A stretch of DNA of 64,000 bases from Phoronis australis (taxonomy: Eukaryota > Animalia > Phoronida), in NCBI GenBank assembly GCA_002633005.1, contig NMRA01000658.1, positions 62,001 to 126,000 of the forward strand. The letters run 5' to 3'. Positions 35,320-47,839 of the stretch are shown here, piece by piece (position 1 is the first letter of the stretch; every line of letters starts with the position of its first letter). Under the pieces are notes generated by a model. The model was given only the letters and a program-made list of their open reading frames with translations. It searched no databases and was not told the DNA's origin. The position numbers were made by a program, and so were the translations under genes.

Positions 35320-36632
35320 ACGCAATTCAAAAATGCCCTTCTCCAAAAAATTCTGAAGAAGTCCCTTGACAATACCAAAACGGCCACTAGGGGGTGCTGC
35401 AGTAGTTGAATCTGTCTGAAAATTAACTAGCCGTCACATACTACCTGTTTTCATTGAAATCTGACGATCAGTTTTCTAGATCTCCTCTTCTTCAAAAATA
35501 CTGAAAAATCTTGTCAGCTGACTCTGAGCTGATAAAAAATAGGCATGCCTAGCTTTAGTGATGCCCTACACCCTTGCGCAGATTTCATCCAAACATGAAC
35601 CAGACAACTGGAAAGCAGGACAACCAAATAAACGGCCACTGGGGTGTGCTTCAATGGTGAAACTTGCCTGAAAATCGACTGGTACCAGTCACATACATCT
35701 GTTTCAAGTTTCATTGAATTCCATCAATCGCTTCTCAAGCAAGATATCATCCGGAAATGTCCGGCTCCAATAACACTAAAAAACCCTCGCCGAGATTAAA
35801 ATGGCTGCCAGGGGGTGTTACAACGACAGAATCTGCCCCCAAATTAACTGGTGTAATCACTTTGTTGTCATACAAATCCGTGTCAAGTTCCACGGAAATC
35901 CATCCACTGGCTCTATATATCATCCAAAATGCTCTTCCCCTAAAATTACTGAAGAGCTCCAAGGCCTGACCAAATTGAAGAGTGGCTGACGATACCCTAC
36001 TCCTTTGTAACAAATTGCATGAAATTACGATTTTTGAGATATTGAGCACTCCTGCACACCAGGACAAAATTGCCACTAAGGAGTGCTACAGTATTCTAAT
36101 CCCCCCACATACCACCATGTCAAGTATAATAGAAATTCGTCACTAAAATGTTCTCTAGGGAATGCTGTACATTGTTGAATTTGCCTAAAAATTGACTGTG
36201 TCAGGTTTCATTGAAATCCATTGATTGGATTTCTAAATATCATTCAGAAATGCACTTCCCCAGAAATACTGAAAAAGCCTTGGGTTGAGACCAAAATGGC
36301 CGCTAGGGGTGCTGCAGTGGTCAAATCTAACAGAAAGTCAACTGGTGCCAGCGCATTGTCATCACATACTTCAGTATCAAGCTTCACTGAAATCTGTTAA
36401 CGTGTTCTGTAGATATTATCGGGATACGCTTTTCCTCCAATAACACAGAAAAGCCTCACCTCTATAACCCTGGGGGATGGGGCTGATTGAAAAGTGGTGT
36501 GCACCACCCAGGTAATGCCATACACTCTGTGCTAAATTTCATCAAGATTTGATCGGGGTGATTTGCGATATTGAGCAAACCAGACAGGATTATGGCAATA
36601 TGTGACCACAAATATGTTGGCGCATAAAAAGT
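35320..36632 (-). mobile_element. Helentron-associated non-autonomous element (HINE/DINE-1-like) with internal degenerate tandem repeats
   Basis: Degenerate repeat units each containing AAAATGGCCACTAGGGGGTGCTG-like and TTTCATTGAAATC-like motifs. End at 36596-36630 is a hairpin-like ATATGTGACCACAAATATGTTGGCGCATAAAAA, similar to 45598-45631. Confidence 0.6.
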
Positions 36633-36800
36633 TAAGTTCCTACTGTTCAAGTGAGGCGACCATTTTGTTGGTGCACCAACAAAAATTCAAAAAGGACTGA
36701 AGATTCAAATCTAATTCTGTCTATCTTAAAATATACGATAACGTGTTGAAAGAGGATCGTTTAGTTCAAATTTATACTGCAATTTCAGATTTCTTTCCAT

Positions 36801-37714
36801 CTATAGATACTCACACTCCGTCACGTTTTCACCTTCACTTCTTGTCTTGGACACAACATTTTGCAGCTCAGCCAGATGTCGTCTGCTAGGTGTTGATGAA
36901 CCAATAGGATCCCATGAGAAGCTCTGAGAAATACCCACTCCGCACAGTTGCGTTTTCCCATCACACAGACTAACGCCCAATTCAGTCTCGCTACTAGAAA
37001 AACGTGGGCGTGTTAAAACTTTGGATGGCCAGCAATCCATGTGTTGTGTCTCAAAGTTTACCGGAAGAAAATTTTCATCTGCAAGCTTAGGCCCAGAAAT
37101 GAAATATTGGGACATATCCTTACACCTGTTGCTAGCAATAGTGTATGGATTCTCGTCGTGTTTGTCCAAGATCAATTGTGTTTTTTCACCGAGTAGACTG
37201 GTCTGGAGCCCTGTGTTGTTGGTGTGGCACAGGTATTCCTGATGGTGCTGATCAGTAATTTGAGCATTGATTGGTTTCTGTGCTGAAGATGCTGGTTTAT
37301 GACAAATAGCATTCTGTGAGCTTAGAGCCTCTTGACTGGCAGCCAGTGCAGAGTGAGATTTTGTGTCCAGACCTGTGATTTGTAAACTGTTTGTACAATA
37401 GCCAGTATCCTGGTGCACTGAACTCAGACAAGCTTCGATATCAATGATTGAGTGATTTTCACGGATGGCGGACAATTGAGCAGCACCACCAAACATCTTC
37501 TGATGGAGACTATGGCAACTGGGTGCTGTATTATCATTAAAATTTATAATGCCCGCATTGTAAGTGGACGAGACAATGAGTGATTCTTCAGTTGGGGTAC
37601 TGCTTCGTTTGGGAGACACATCTCTGGTGACACTCAACAAGGAATGTACGCTCTCCACCTGAACAGATGGTGGGTTATCTTCTAAAACATTTGGCTGATG
37701 ATGAGCGGCAACGT
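36801..37714 (-). CDS. BORA: Protein aurora borealis, last coding exon (9)
   Basis: Acceptor tttcatttcAG, phase 1 compatible with exon 8. Open to TAG at 36801. Contains DTGYCT, equivalent to the Bora beta-TrCP degron DSGYNT. Confidence 0.8.
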
Positions 37715-38359
37715 CTGAAATGAAACAGTTTGTTTAGGATCACATCTACTGGTAATGTTTCAGTTCTTTGGCCTAGTAGAACTTTTTATAGACACTATTC
37801 CCATCTGGTGATAGAGATTTTTTCAAGATGTCGATGCAATATCGAAAAATGGATAAAAATTTAATTATTTAAAGGAGAATGTCACCTATTTTGTATCAAT
37901 TTAGATCCAATAGTTCCACTCGATAAAAGAAAGTACAGTTCTTTTACCTGACACCTGACAGCAAACGGAGGTGTTGAAATTAACTAATGACGTCACAGGT
38001 TCGAGCGCAGTCTGTTCAGCAGTCCACAACACGCTTACTGGTGTCGACTTATTGCTTGAATTCATCGTTTTACACCAATAAATCATCAAAATTCGATGTA
38101 AAACCCTTACAAATACATTGAGGTACTGAACCTATTTCTTATTTCGCTGTTACGGATTTATAGGCAGTTCACTGTCAACTGTCACAAGGAACGACACACG
38201 GAGCAGTGTCAGTCATGAGCATGATAAAATGTTGTCCTTATTTTCCATTAGGTTGAAATTTTATAGTTCTTTAACAACATAGCATACACTTATTATGTTT
38301 CTTCATCCACTCCATCATCATTTGTATCATCATTATTGTCATCAAAGGTTGTTTTTTGA

Positions 38360-38770
38360 CTAGCATACCATGTTCACAGTCTGGACAGTCACACAACTTA
38401 GAACAAGGCATGCCTGACTCCAAACAAGAGCACATTTTTTTACTACAACCACTTCTTTTACACTTGCCATTAACATTTTCAAGGTATTTTATGGGGCTAA
38501 AGGTAGAGTCATCCAGTGGAGCATCAGACTACCCCCAAATGATTGCCAACGAAATTACCATGCCCCTGACCAATCTGTTTAACAAACTTCTTCAGCTAGG
38601 CATNCGTTTGTGAATGGCACACTGGTAGTTTGCTCTTTTAGCATGTAACAGCAAACAATCATGATGAGGAGGCAGATCACAGATTTCAACCTGAATATGT
38701 GGTAGCACGCTTTATTAACTGTTGATGACTCACCATACAGCTTGCATACAAACGGTTCAATGCCTTCCAT
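38360..38770 (-). mobile_element. Academ-like transposon remnant (XPG-like C-terminus plus Cys-rich CXC tail)
   Basis: Across frameshifts: IEPFVCKLYG..STVNKACYHIF, LPPHHDCLLLHAKRANYQCAIHKR, HWMTLPLAP, CKRSGCSKKMCSCLESGMPCSKLCDCPDCE. Confidence 0.65.
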
Positions 38771-39229
38771 GAGTTAACCAGAAAACACAAATTTGAGCCC
38801 AACTTTAATGGCAAAGACAAAATTAAAAAACGAGAGCGCTGGGAGGAACGACACTTGACGGAATTAATCGAAAAGACGATGATGGGGAGGACGACAATCA
38901 TGATGATCACGGCGGCAATTATCAATAACACAATAACATTCATGTCACTAGCGAAGAAATCAAATAGATAGCATACAATCAACTACAATAAAGAACAATA
39001 GATGGCGCAACATGACGGACGAGCCATGCTTTGTTCCCACATTCCAAAATAGGTGGCGCTATGTGACAGTCTGCAGAGCAAAGTTATGTTTACAATATTT
39101 GGCGTGGAATTCCAGTTTACAGTAGGACAGTGCTGGCTGGGTCAGTCGGGGTCAATTAAGCATAACCAAAACAAAGTGAACTGAAAGCCAGCCAGCTGCG
39201 TGCTTGCATAGGTGACCGAAGGAACAACG

Positions 39230-39965
39230 GTATCCGAAAATCTCGAATAATTCGAAAAGTAGACGTTGTAGCGCAAAATGGCAAATATTTTCTGGAAGCC
39301 CGTTCAAAACTCTATTTAAAGTGATAGTTTGGCAAAATCAAAAAACTTTTCGAAAAAATTGAAAATTTGCCGTTTTTTTGAAATTCAAAGTCAAATAACT
39401 CGAAAACGGGAAGTCTGAGAAATACGCTCTCGCAGACTTTTTGAAAGGCCATACTTAAAGGAATCCACATGCAAAAATTCACGTCATTTGCTCTTCACGT
39501 TAAAAACAAGACAGCAGAACGATTGAAACCGTGTGAACATGCGCCACAGCCGCCATCTTGAAAGTGACTTTTATAAAAGCTTATTAAACTCAACAAACAC
39601 GTGACCAGTTTGAAAGTGATTGGTTTGCAAATGCGCCCTCTACTGGAGAAAACGTTTTTTGGCCATATTTCGGGGTGCGCATGTGCCACTTTGAACGGAA
39701 GTCGACGATTTTCAGCACACTTGTAGCACTTGCGTTCTAGTATAATGGTACCGATTTTCAGCCATGTACCTCGAAAAATGCAGCCTCTACAAGCATTTGA
39801 GTGTGAAATTGGATACAAAATGGCCGCCACGTCCGCCATTTTGTATCCGATCATGACCAAAAACAATAGGCTTCCAGAACTTTCGGATCTACACGTTATG
39901 TGCAAATTTCGTGAAAATCGGATGAAAATTGCGACCTGTAGAGTGCGAACAAACAAAACACAACT
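39230..39965. mobile_element. Probable HINE-like or other non-autonomous repeat
   Basis: Typical motifs GCCGCCATCTTG, AAAATGGCCGCCACGTCCGCCATTTTG and AAATTTCGTGAAAATCGGATGAAAATTG, ending in an (AAAC)-rich tract. Confidence 0.45.
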
Positions 39966-40849
39966 TGCTGTCAGACCAACAAACTACCTCCAAGTAAAAA
40001 TACCTCTACAAGACAGCATCCTACACAAATAAAGTTTTGACAACCTGAATACCGTTTCATCTAAACACCTTGTTACAGTAATCCTACTTAACTGAAATAG
40101 ATTAACCAAAATAATCTTCACTTGAGCACACAGTATGGCCAACAACTGAAATTTCATTTTGTTTAAGTACTCAACAAAAGTAAGCATTAAGAGAAATGAG
40201 CATCATTACTAACACTGATTGCACTGTGCAGCTGCCTTCAAAAAATTTAAAACATAGAAACATTTTATCATCCTTAATACAGTAGTACAACCTTTGAAAA
40301 ATAGAGGAATGTTCATGTTGAAAATAGTTTTTGTTTGAAATTGAAAAGCATCTTCTTAACCGTAGAGCTAAAATTTCATTTGACGCTTCCTGTTTTAAAT
40401 AGCACGCAATTGGAAGAGTAAAAATTTTCCTTAGCTAAAAACTCCAATTCAAGAATCTCCAAAATGTGAGATACTGACATATTCGCAACATTTGAATTTT
40501 CAAGATACATAAATTACAGAACACAGGTAATATTTCCATTTTTAAATTTCTCAAATTCCAAACACTGCTCATGATTTTACATACCAGTAAAAGGATCTCA
40601 AAATAGGCTTAAAAGTTCATAAAAAGCAGTGCTGATCACTCACATGTAGGAAAAAACTACTGCCAGTATATTTGAGATTGAGACCAATATTACTACAATT
40701 TTATCAAGCAAAATAATTTTTGTTCTGTGAAACTAAAGATTATTTACCATAAATGACACCTTTTCAAATTAAGAATAGCTAGGAGTATTTACAATTGAAT
40801 GTTTGGAACTGGAATAGGTTTTCATCTTTTCTTTTGTTTGTGAAGTTGA

Positions 40850-41900
40850 CCTGTGATGAAATTTGATTTGTGGCAAATGGTTAATTGTGGTGGCGACACA
40901 TACGGTATATTTCTTTGAGCACTGTTAAATGTACATATAACTGACAGTGACAATCTCCTTAATTTTCTAGTGGGCTCAACATCATTTCCATCACCAGCTT
41001 GATCTTTTTATATTTTAAGAGCTCTTTCAATTTTTCTTACATCCGTTAAGTGTCTGTAACACTGCTTGTGATAGAAGCACACACGTACCAAGCCTAAAAA
41101 TGGGGGGCTTGAGTTTTTGAGAATGTGGACATTTATTAAGATTCAAGGGGTACTTCAGAGCTACGAATTGTGCGTTTGTCGAATTTTGGTAGTTCCTGTC
41201 TTTTTAGTGAACTTTTGTCCAATTTTCTACTTTTACGAGTTTTTGTTTCTCTGAAGTAAACCGTTTTACCCACTTTACCACATGGGGGAGGCTCGTTCAA
41301 GCCCCGAGCCCCCCACCCCTGGATCTGCGCATGACAAGAGCTCTGTTTTTTCACAAACACTTAAAAACTTATCAGCAATGATACTTCTCTTGCACTCAAT
41401 GTTGATACGTTTGTTTGCAGTTGCCTTACACCAGGTAATATCTGAGAATTTCAGCTCAGAAATTTTAGCAGAACCTGAGACATGAGTGCAACAAGGGCAG
41501 ACATCTTGCCAGTCTATTGTGAAATCGCACACTCGTTGAATAATTCATAGTTTCAGCACAGTCCTAGCTGTCCCAAAATTGTTCTTTGCGAAACACCAAA
41601 GGATTCAGGAATGTGCCAAGAATTGTTTCAATACGATGACACTCCTGGCTGCTGCCTGCTGGTTTTTGAGCCTTGGCCCTTGGTAATTGCCTATTACTTG
41701 CACACCCATCCAAGAATTAATACTATCCAATGTAGTCAGTAGCTGCAGTAAACATGCTAACTAAGCCAGCAGGATAACATCAGCTGACTGTCCTCTGATG
41801 AAGGTTTTCATGCTAAGCAGACGACTGGTATGGACACAATATTTTCCTGGCATGTGATTGGCTGTTCGGATCATTTTGCACTGACACCTGGTGGCTAACA
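40850..41900 (-). mobile_element. Degraded N-terminal part of a large DNA transposon ORF (possibly the same Academ-like element)
   Basis: Peptide traces FYHKQCYRHLTDVRKIERA and DWQDVCPCC...KFSDITW, interrupted by stops and a MITE end near 41290-41330. Confidence 0.35.
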
Positions 41901-42677
41901 TATTATTTGAGGTTATATTTTTTCCAACGTTTAAATTAAAATTCTTACTAAACGTGCAATTGTATTCTTGGGAACTTTTTTGAAATTGACTTTTGAACAT
42001 CTGTAGATGGGTTTAATGCAAAGTTCCGGTTGCCCCCCCCAAAGTGGCCACGGAGGTGAAAGATAGGGGAGCTGGGACTCAGGGCTTGGAATGATCAATG
42101 ACAAAAAACGCGGAAACTTTTACGGCCCAACTCATTCGCGCTACCCAGCCTTGAAATGGTCGATGTGAACCTTTCCCCGACAACGCTACCACCATCAGTA
42201 GCATGCGTCTACGTCCTTTTAGGTCGTCCGTCCACTCCCAACCCACACATTTCACACATTTTTGGCTGCAGAGCCGCAGTATTTGTCGCCGTGGTTTACA
42301 ATAACACGAGACGCCATTGAAAATCCCACCACGCTATCCCAGATGCCCTGGCAATGTTGAGAATTTACGTTCCTCCGAAACATAAAGAGCAACTTCCACT
42401 TTTCGAGGTGAATGTCGTCTGCAAAGCCGCAGAAAGAAAGGAATTTGCCGCAGAAATTTTACATCAAATCAGATTTTTTTACGCGGAAATGTAATAAAAT
42501 GCGCGGACAGAACATTTGAAAAAAGCGGAAATCCGCGTTTGCACGGAAAATTCCAAGCCCTGGGGACTATGGCCTATGAATTAACGTGCGTTCACACGGC
42601 CTCGGCGCCTAGCTTTATTGCATCTAAAGCCGGTAAGGCATTATTCATTGCTGGGTTCCCAAAACATTTGCACTCAC

Positions 42678-42938
42678 CAGTGGCGGATTTAGGAGGGGGG
42701 AGCAAGGGGGCCGTGTACCCCCTAAAATTCTCCCAGATTCCATTTGGCAGTTCAGTGTGCGAATTGCTGACTAGCATATGNGCATAGGCCTTGAACAAAC
42801 CGTTTTTTTTTAGTAATAAGGTCCACAAACCCAAAAATTCGAGACCCTCGACATTTTAAGCTGGGCGTGCGCATGAGGCGAAGTTCTGGTTATTCCTGTG
42901 CCTAGCCCCCACCAACTCAAAATCCTGGATCCGCCCAT
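42678..42938 (+). mobile_element. GC-rich MITE (CAGTGGCGGATTTAGG ... CCTGGATCCGCCCATG)
   Basis: TIR pair visible. Same family as 34680-34985 and 21486-21665. Confidence 0.75.
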
Positions 42939-43067
42939 GCTCACGAACACTCCAAAGTCATTACAAATTGTATCTAATGAGACGGATTTTGTTTCAGTTT
43001 TATATAAGCATTGGTTAGGGTGAAAATAATTGATTTTGAAACAGAACGCACAATAATAAACGTCAAC

Positions 43068-43430
43068 ATGGCAACTCGCAATCCCGACTTAGATGAGTGC
43101 TCATCCATCGAGGACTTAACAGAATACTAGAGAGGCACCGTGAACATGCACAGACAACGGAAACATGGATAGTTCTGAAAAACGTTTGAATGACTTGTCA
43201 TGGTGTCAGTACGCTAACTGCACGATAATGGAAACGACTGATGCTTGCGTTTGCTGCCACAAAATTCAGCAAGTATGCCTTTTGGAGAAGCTCAGATGTG
43301 TCTCAGAGACCATCCTGATTTTGCACTGATCTAAACAGAGGTGTACTTACGACGTTCTTTAGGGCTGGGAAAAAGAACTGGCGAAAACATCATACACCCA
43401 GCAAACAAAAGCCTGACAAACAAGTGAGTC
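43068..43430 (+). pseudogene. Decayed P2X7-intracellular-domain-like (nanor/KolX-type) Cys-rich ORF
   Basis: RLNDLSWCQYANCTIMETTDACVCCHKIQ resembles the WCxCxxCxxMxxxxExxCC pattern. Frameshifts are present. Confidence 0.55.
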
Positions 43431-43559
43431 AACAAACAGGTTATATAAAACATCATGTTCTCGTTCCTTGAATTAAGTGTAATTGCCTGTTTTCATGGCC
43501 AACTACACTCTCCATAATCAAAAACTGATCAGTCAATAACTGATCCGCATTTCTTTGTC

Positions 43560-43865
43560 TCCTGCCTGCCGAACGCATTTTCAATAGTGGCACAGCATCT
43601 GACTTCAGCGTCAGTCTCTTTTTCTGCTCTGGCTGTTTGGTAAGCTGGAATTCGTCAGTGCGGAAAGTCACTGTCAACGAAATGCCGGTCACAGACACCG
43701 AGATGTTTCACGGCCTCATACTCGGTATAAATGACGTACTTTTCATTCTTCACTGCCTTGAGCCACTTCCGAAGCATTACGGGCTCTCAATGAAATCGAA
43801 AAAATGATGTAACCGCTTTTCTCGCAGCTTCATATTTCGCACAAGTGGGAACGATACACCACGAC
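43560..43865 (-). pseudogene. Decayed THAP zinc-finger ORF
   Basis: WCIVPTC...FFRF..P..LRKWL..VK...VCDRHF...LTLKSDAVP: C2CH pattern, conserved W/F residues and the AVP box. Confidence 0.75.
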
Positions 43866-44129
43866 ACTGTAACGGCACTCACTCAGCAGAAGAACCACTG
43901 ACGTCGCTGCGTCATTTCTCACCTTCCTCGCAGGTTACCACGACACCTCTCAGCGAGGTAAGTTCGACCGTATCTGAGGTGATGTGGAGACTGATTAAGA
44001 CGGTAAAAAAGACTAATTAAATCAGGTGGCATTCTCCTTTAATATATGTAAAATAAAGAAAGTATTGGGAAATGCCGAGGTTCAGGTCTGACTTATTAAA
44101 CTTGCTCATTGATGGATATTATGTAACAA

Positions 44130-45632
44130 TACAAGAGCACTGCGGAGCGTTGAAATGCGCCCATGAATGCATCGCAAATGATGGCTTTTAGGGTTATTTA
44201 TATGTATCATAAAAATGGCCACTAGGTGGCGCAAAAATGTACAATCCATCCAAAAACGGGAACATGTCATATTTCATAATATGTGGATGCATTATGCTGT
44301 CATCTCCGTCCGTCCGGGGGGCGTCCGCCTTGCGTCCGCTGCTCTAACTCCAAAACCGATTGACGTATGTTCATGAAATTTTGCGCATGTGTTCCTTTCA
44401 TGAATGGGACGGCATGAGCAAACTTTCAGACGGATTTGACTACCGGTCTGCCCCGTAGTGGCAATTTTAGTTTTTTACGCTTACCTCTATATCTAATATC
44501 TTCAAAGGTCTTCGGCGTATTTTCATAAAATTTGGCATGTAGGCATCTATTAGTGAGATGACGCTATCCACCCGTTTACGGACAGATACGACAGAATTTG
44601 CGCCACCTAGTAGCCATTTTTACTGTTTGTTTTTAGTCGTCCACCCCTCTATCAATGAAACCGCTCTAAGGATAATTGTGGAAATTAGCATGTATGTTGT
44701 TACTATGAAGAGGACGGCTGACGATGATTTTCCGACGATTTTGACTGTGGCGCCTCCTAGTGGCAGTTATGTTTTTTTGGGCCTATGGCTGTATCTCCTA
44801 AACCATCTGCAGGATCTTTACTAAATTTAGTAAGTGAATTTATATGATGAATAAGGACGACGACTTTCGGAGGGATTTGAGTACTAGTGTGCCCTCTGGT
44901 GGCAATATTATTTTTTTATGTTAAACTCTGTATCTTCAAAGGTCCTCTGTTTGAAGATGGTTGACGGCGACTTTGACTACTGTGGCTTTTCCAATGGTAG
45001 TTCTGTTTTGTTTTGCGCCCATAGCTGTATCTCCTAAACCCACTGCTGGGTCTTTATTAAATTTAGTATTTATATGAAGCTAATAACAGACAATGATGAC
45101 TTTCAGCCGGATTCAACGAACACTGTGCACTCATGTGGCAGTTTTCATTTTATTCTGTTTTTTTTTGTTTCTCTGAAGTTCCATGACAGATTTCTATGGA
45201 ATTTGGTGAACAGCTTTCCAGTAAAGAAGCCATGACATGTTACCATTTTCGGATGGATTGTACGTTTTTGCGTCATCTAGTGGCCATTTTTATGACCAAT
45301 AAACAACCCTAAAAGCACACCGTTTGCGATGCATTCATGGGCGCATTTCAACGCTTCGCATTGCTCTTGTGTGAAAATATGTTAAGAACCTTTAAAGATA
45401 CAGAGAAAAACGTAAAGAAATAAAATTGACACTAGGGGGCACACCGGTAGTCGGATCTGTCCGAAAGTTCGCTGATGACATCTCATCCATGAAAGCAGCA
45501 CATGTGCAAAATTTCATGAACAATCGTCAAACAGTTTTGGAGATAGAGCAGCAGACGCCGGACGGACGCCGCCCGGACGGAAGGAGATGACGGCAAAATG
45601 TGTCCACATATAAATATGTGGGCGCCTAAAAA
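44130..45632. mobile_element. Two nested, oppositely oriented HINE-like (Helentron-associated) elements
   Basis: 44130-44262 is the reverse complement of 45245-45370, and 44280-44470 is the reverse complement of 45420-45615. (GTCC)n microsatellite near 44305-44340 and 45555-45585. Degenerate internal tandem units at 44440-45290. Confidence 0.7.
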
Positions 45633-45759
45633 TTTCATCAATTTCAGACAAATTGCCACCTTATGCCTGCAATGTTTTCAAACATTGTCTGATGGTAGCT
45701 ACAATACACAATCTGAATAATGGTAAGCAAAAGCAACAAAGATACTATAAACAGCATAC

Positions 45760-45951
45760 TGTCGAAATTGAGTGATTGCACGTGGTTGTTGCGGCTTGAC
45801 TTTTCCATCTGGTTCAAAGAATCAGAGCCAATTGGAGACATGTTTGGACTGGTGAAGGGCACTGACTGTCTCCCTGAAGATGGCGTTGCTTGAAGTGGAT
45901 AACAAGACGGTGTATGCGGGTATGCGAAAGGACTGTTGCCAATATTACCAC
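45760..45951 (-). CDS. BORA: Protein aurora borealis, coding exon 8
   Basis: cccccAG acceptor, GTATGC donor, 192 nt, phase 1/1. Ser/Pro-rich (FTSPNMSPI). Confidence 0.75.
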
Positions 45952-47287
45952 CTGGGGGCATAAAAACAGAAATCAGACTTCTGAATTAAACTGTCAACTT
46001 TCATTTATTTAATTAAAATGTTTTACTTGACTGTGGGATATTTTAGGATATGAATTCCTCACTAATACAGTTCATTCAAAAACTTGTAATTATCAAGTAA
46101 GAACCACAACTGAAAACTACTAGATACAAAAAATTGTTCAAGGAATTATTAAAAACGAGAAAGTTTTAAACTAAGAAACATAAAATTGTAAACGCTGATG
46201 ACGGAAATAACTCTCTACAAACCGGAACCATTGTTTTACTAATGAACATACAGTTCCAAATGGTTTTCAATAAAACTGATACACAATAATTCTGTTATGG
46301 AACAATTAATCTTGTAAGGTTATGAAGGATCTGATTGACAAGTCTGTGTAAAACAATAGATCTTAACCCTGCACAAGTATATATATTAAGTCTGAAAGTA
46401 GAAAACATGGAAAATTTGGGTTTTTACATGATACCAAACTGCCATTAATAGGGTCAAATTGCCATTGATAGGGTCGAATTGCCATACCTTTTTAGTTAAA
46501 TTTAGATAAAAGAAAGGTACATTTAAAGCAAAATAACACATTAATAACAATGACCAAATTTTGTTTGATATAAATGTTCAAGAGGGAATCTCAAAAACGC
46601 TTTGAAGACTTTTTTAATGTCATCATTTTGTTTTCATTTCATGCCACTTTTGATTTCTTTCATCAAAATCAAAAAAGTTGTATTTTTGATATCCCATAAT
46701 TCAAAAGTGAAACCTTTTAAAATACAATTCCTCGCACCAATATGGAAAATTGCAGTGCACAATGTAAAGCATCTGAAAGTTTCTTGTGAATCCAAGCAGC
46801 GATTTCTGAGATTTCTGTTTATAGCCAAATTTGGACACTTTTCACAAGTCCAACATAACATTAAAACTCCTTTTTTCATGCTAGTGTTTTCAATAATGTA
46901 TTAGGATAAATGGAACATAAAAATGAAGATGACGATGAGAAAAATGATCACGACAAGCAAGATAAACCAACTTTCATTCTTTGTTCAAATCTGTTGATAT
47001 TGATTTATCGAGAGTTATGTAAGGCTCGTGTCCAAATGCAAATTACAAGGAGAGATCACTAAAACTCTCCTTTATAAAATAAAAATGCATTTTCATGACA
47101 CAGCTTTGTTAACATGTATATAGCTGTGTAGTTATAAACCAGTATGTTGATATCAAACAAATAAGAATTATTAGTCTTCACACATGCCACATGTTGGTTA
47201 CCTATAGATCTATAGGTCATGTGATGTGACCAGCTTATGGAGTGTATGAAAACTTCTGATTCTTACTTAAACATTGTTAACAGTTAC

Positions 47288-47411
47288 CTGGAGCTGGCGT
47301 TTTGATTCGCCTGGACATGATGGGAGATAATTCTGGAGAGGACATGTTATCCCTTCCCGGCGAGCTGCGACAAGAGGCACTAGCAATTATAGGGCTTGAG
47401 GAGAACTGAGC
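47288..47411 (-). CDS. BORA: Protein aurora borealis, coding exon 7
   Basis: ttccAG acceptor, GTAACT donor. Encodes AQFSSSPII, matching the Bora QFSSSPI Polo-box docking motif. Confidence 0.85.
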
Positions 47412-47681
47412 CTGGAACAGCATGGTGACAACTGACAGAATGAGCACTTACATATTTGGACTGATGTACATGATGTGAACTTGACCCAATATGTGGATTC
47501 ACGCCTTAATCAGATCAAGTTTCATGCCATGAGAATAACCTTGCAACACCATGACTAGCCTAGGAGAGGTGCTTCATCCCAGCAAAGCAGCCAGTCAAGC
47601 CTATTCTGAAAGACATGCCCAAGTTAACTGAGCACGTAAGTCTTTGTTAGAAAGTACTGCATTGGGTTTGGGTAAGGTAAT

Positions 47682-47794
47682 TGTAGAATAATAAGAATAA
47701 ACTAGGTTTATTGGGAACACTGAAACTACGTCGATCTGCAATCGTAAGATGGTCGTCCGTGTGTGTCCGTAATAACAAAGTCACTTATACTACA
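47682..47794 (-). repeat. 3' LTR of Gypsy element D
   Basis: TGTAG...CTACA, identical to 51642-51754. AATAAA on the minus strand at 47707-47712. Confidence 0.97.
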
Positions 47795-47839
47795 TCTCCC
47801 CCTCAAGTCTCTTAAAGTCATCGTTCACTATCAATATCA

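Larger units (their letters stand above)
37873..44038. mobile_element. Kolobok-like DNA transposon (TTAA TSD) with THAP and P2X7-C-terminal-like remnants, hosting nested insertions
   Basis: ttaa|AGGAGAATGTCACCT ... AGGTGGCATTCTCCT|ttaa (15-bp TIR, one mismatch). Convergent decayed ORFs at about 43068-43430 (+) and 43560-43865 (-). Confidence 0.7.
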
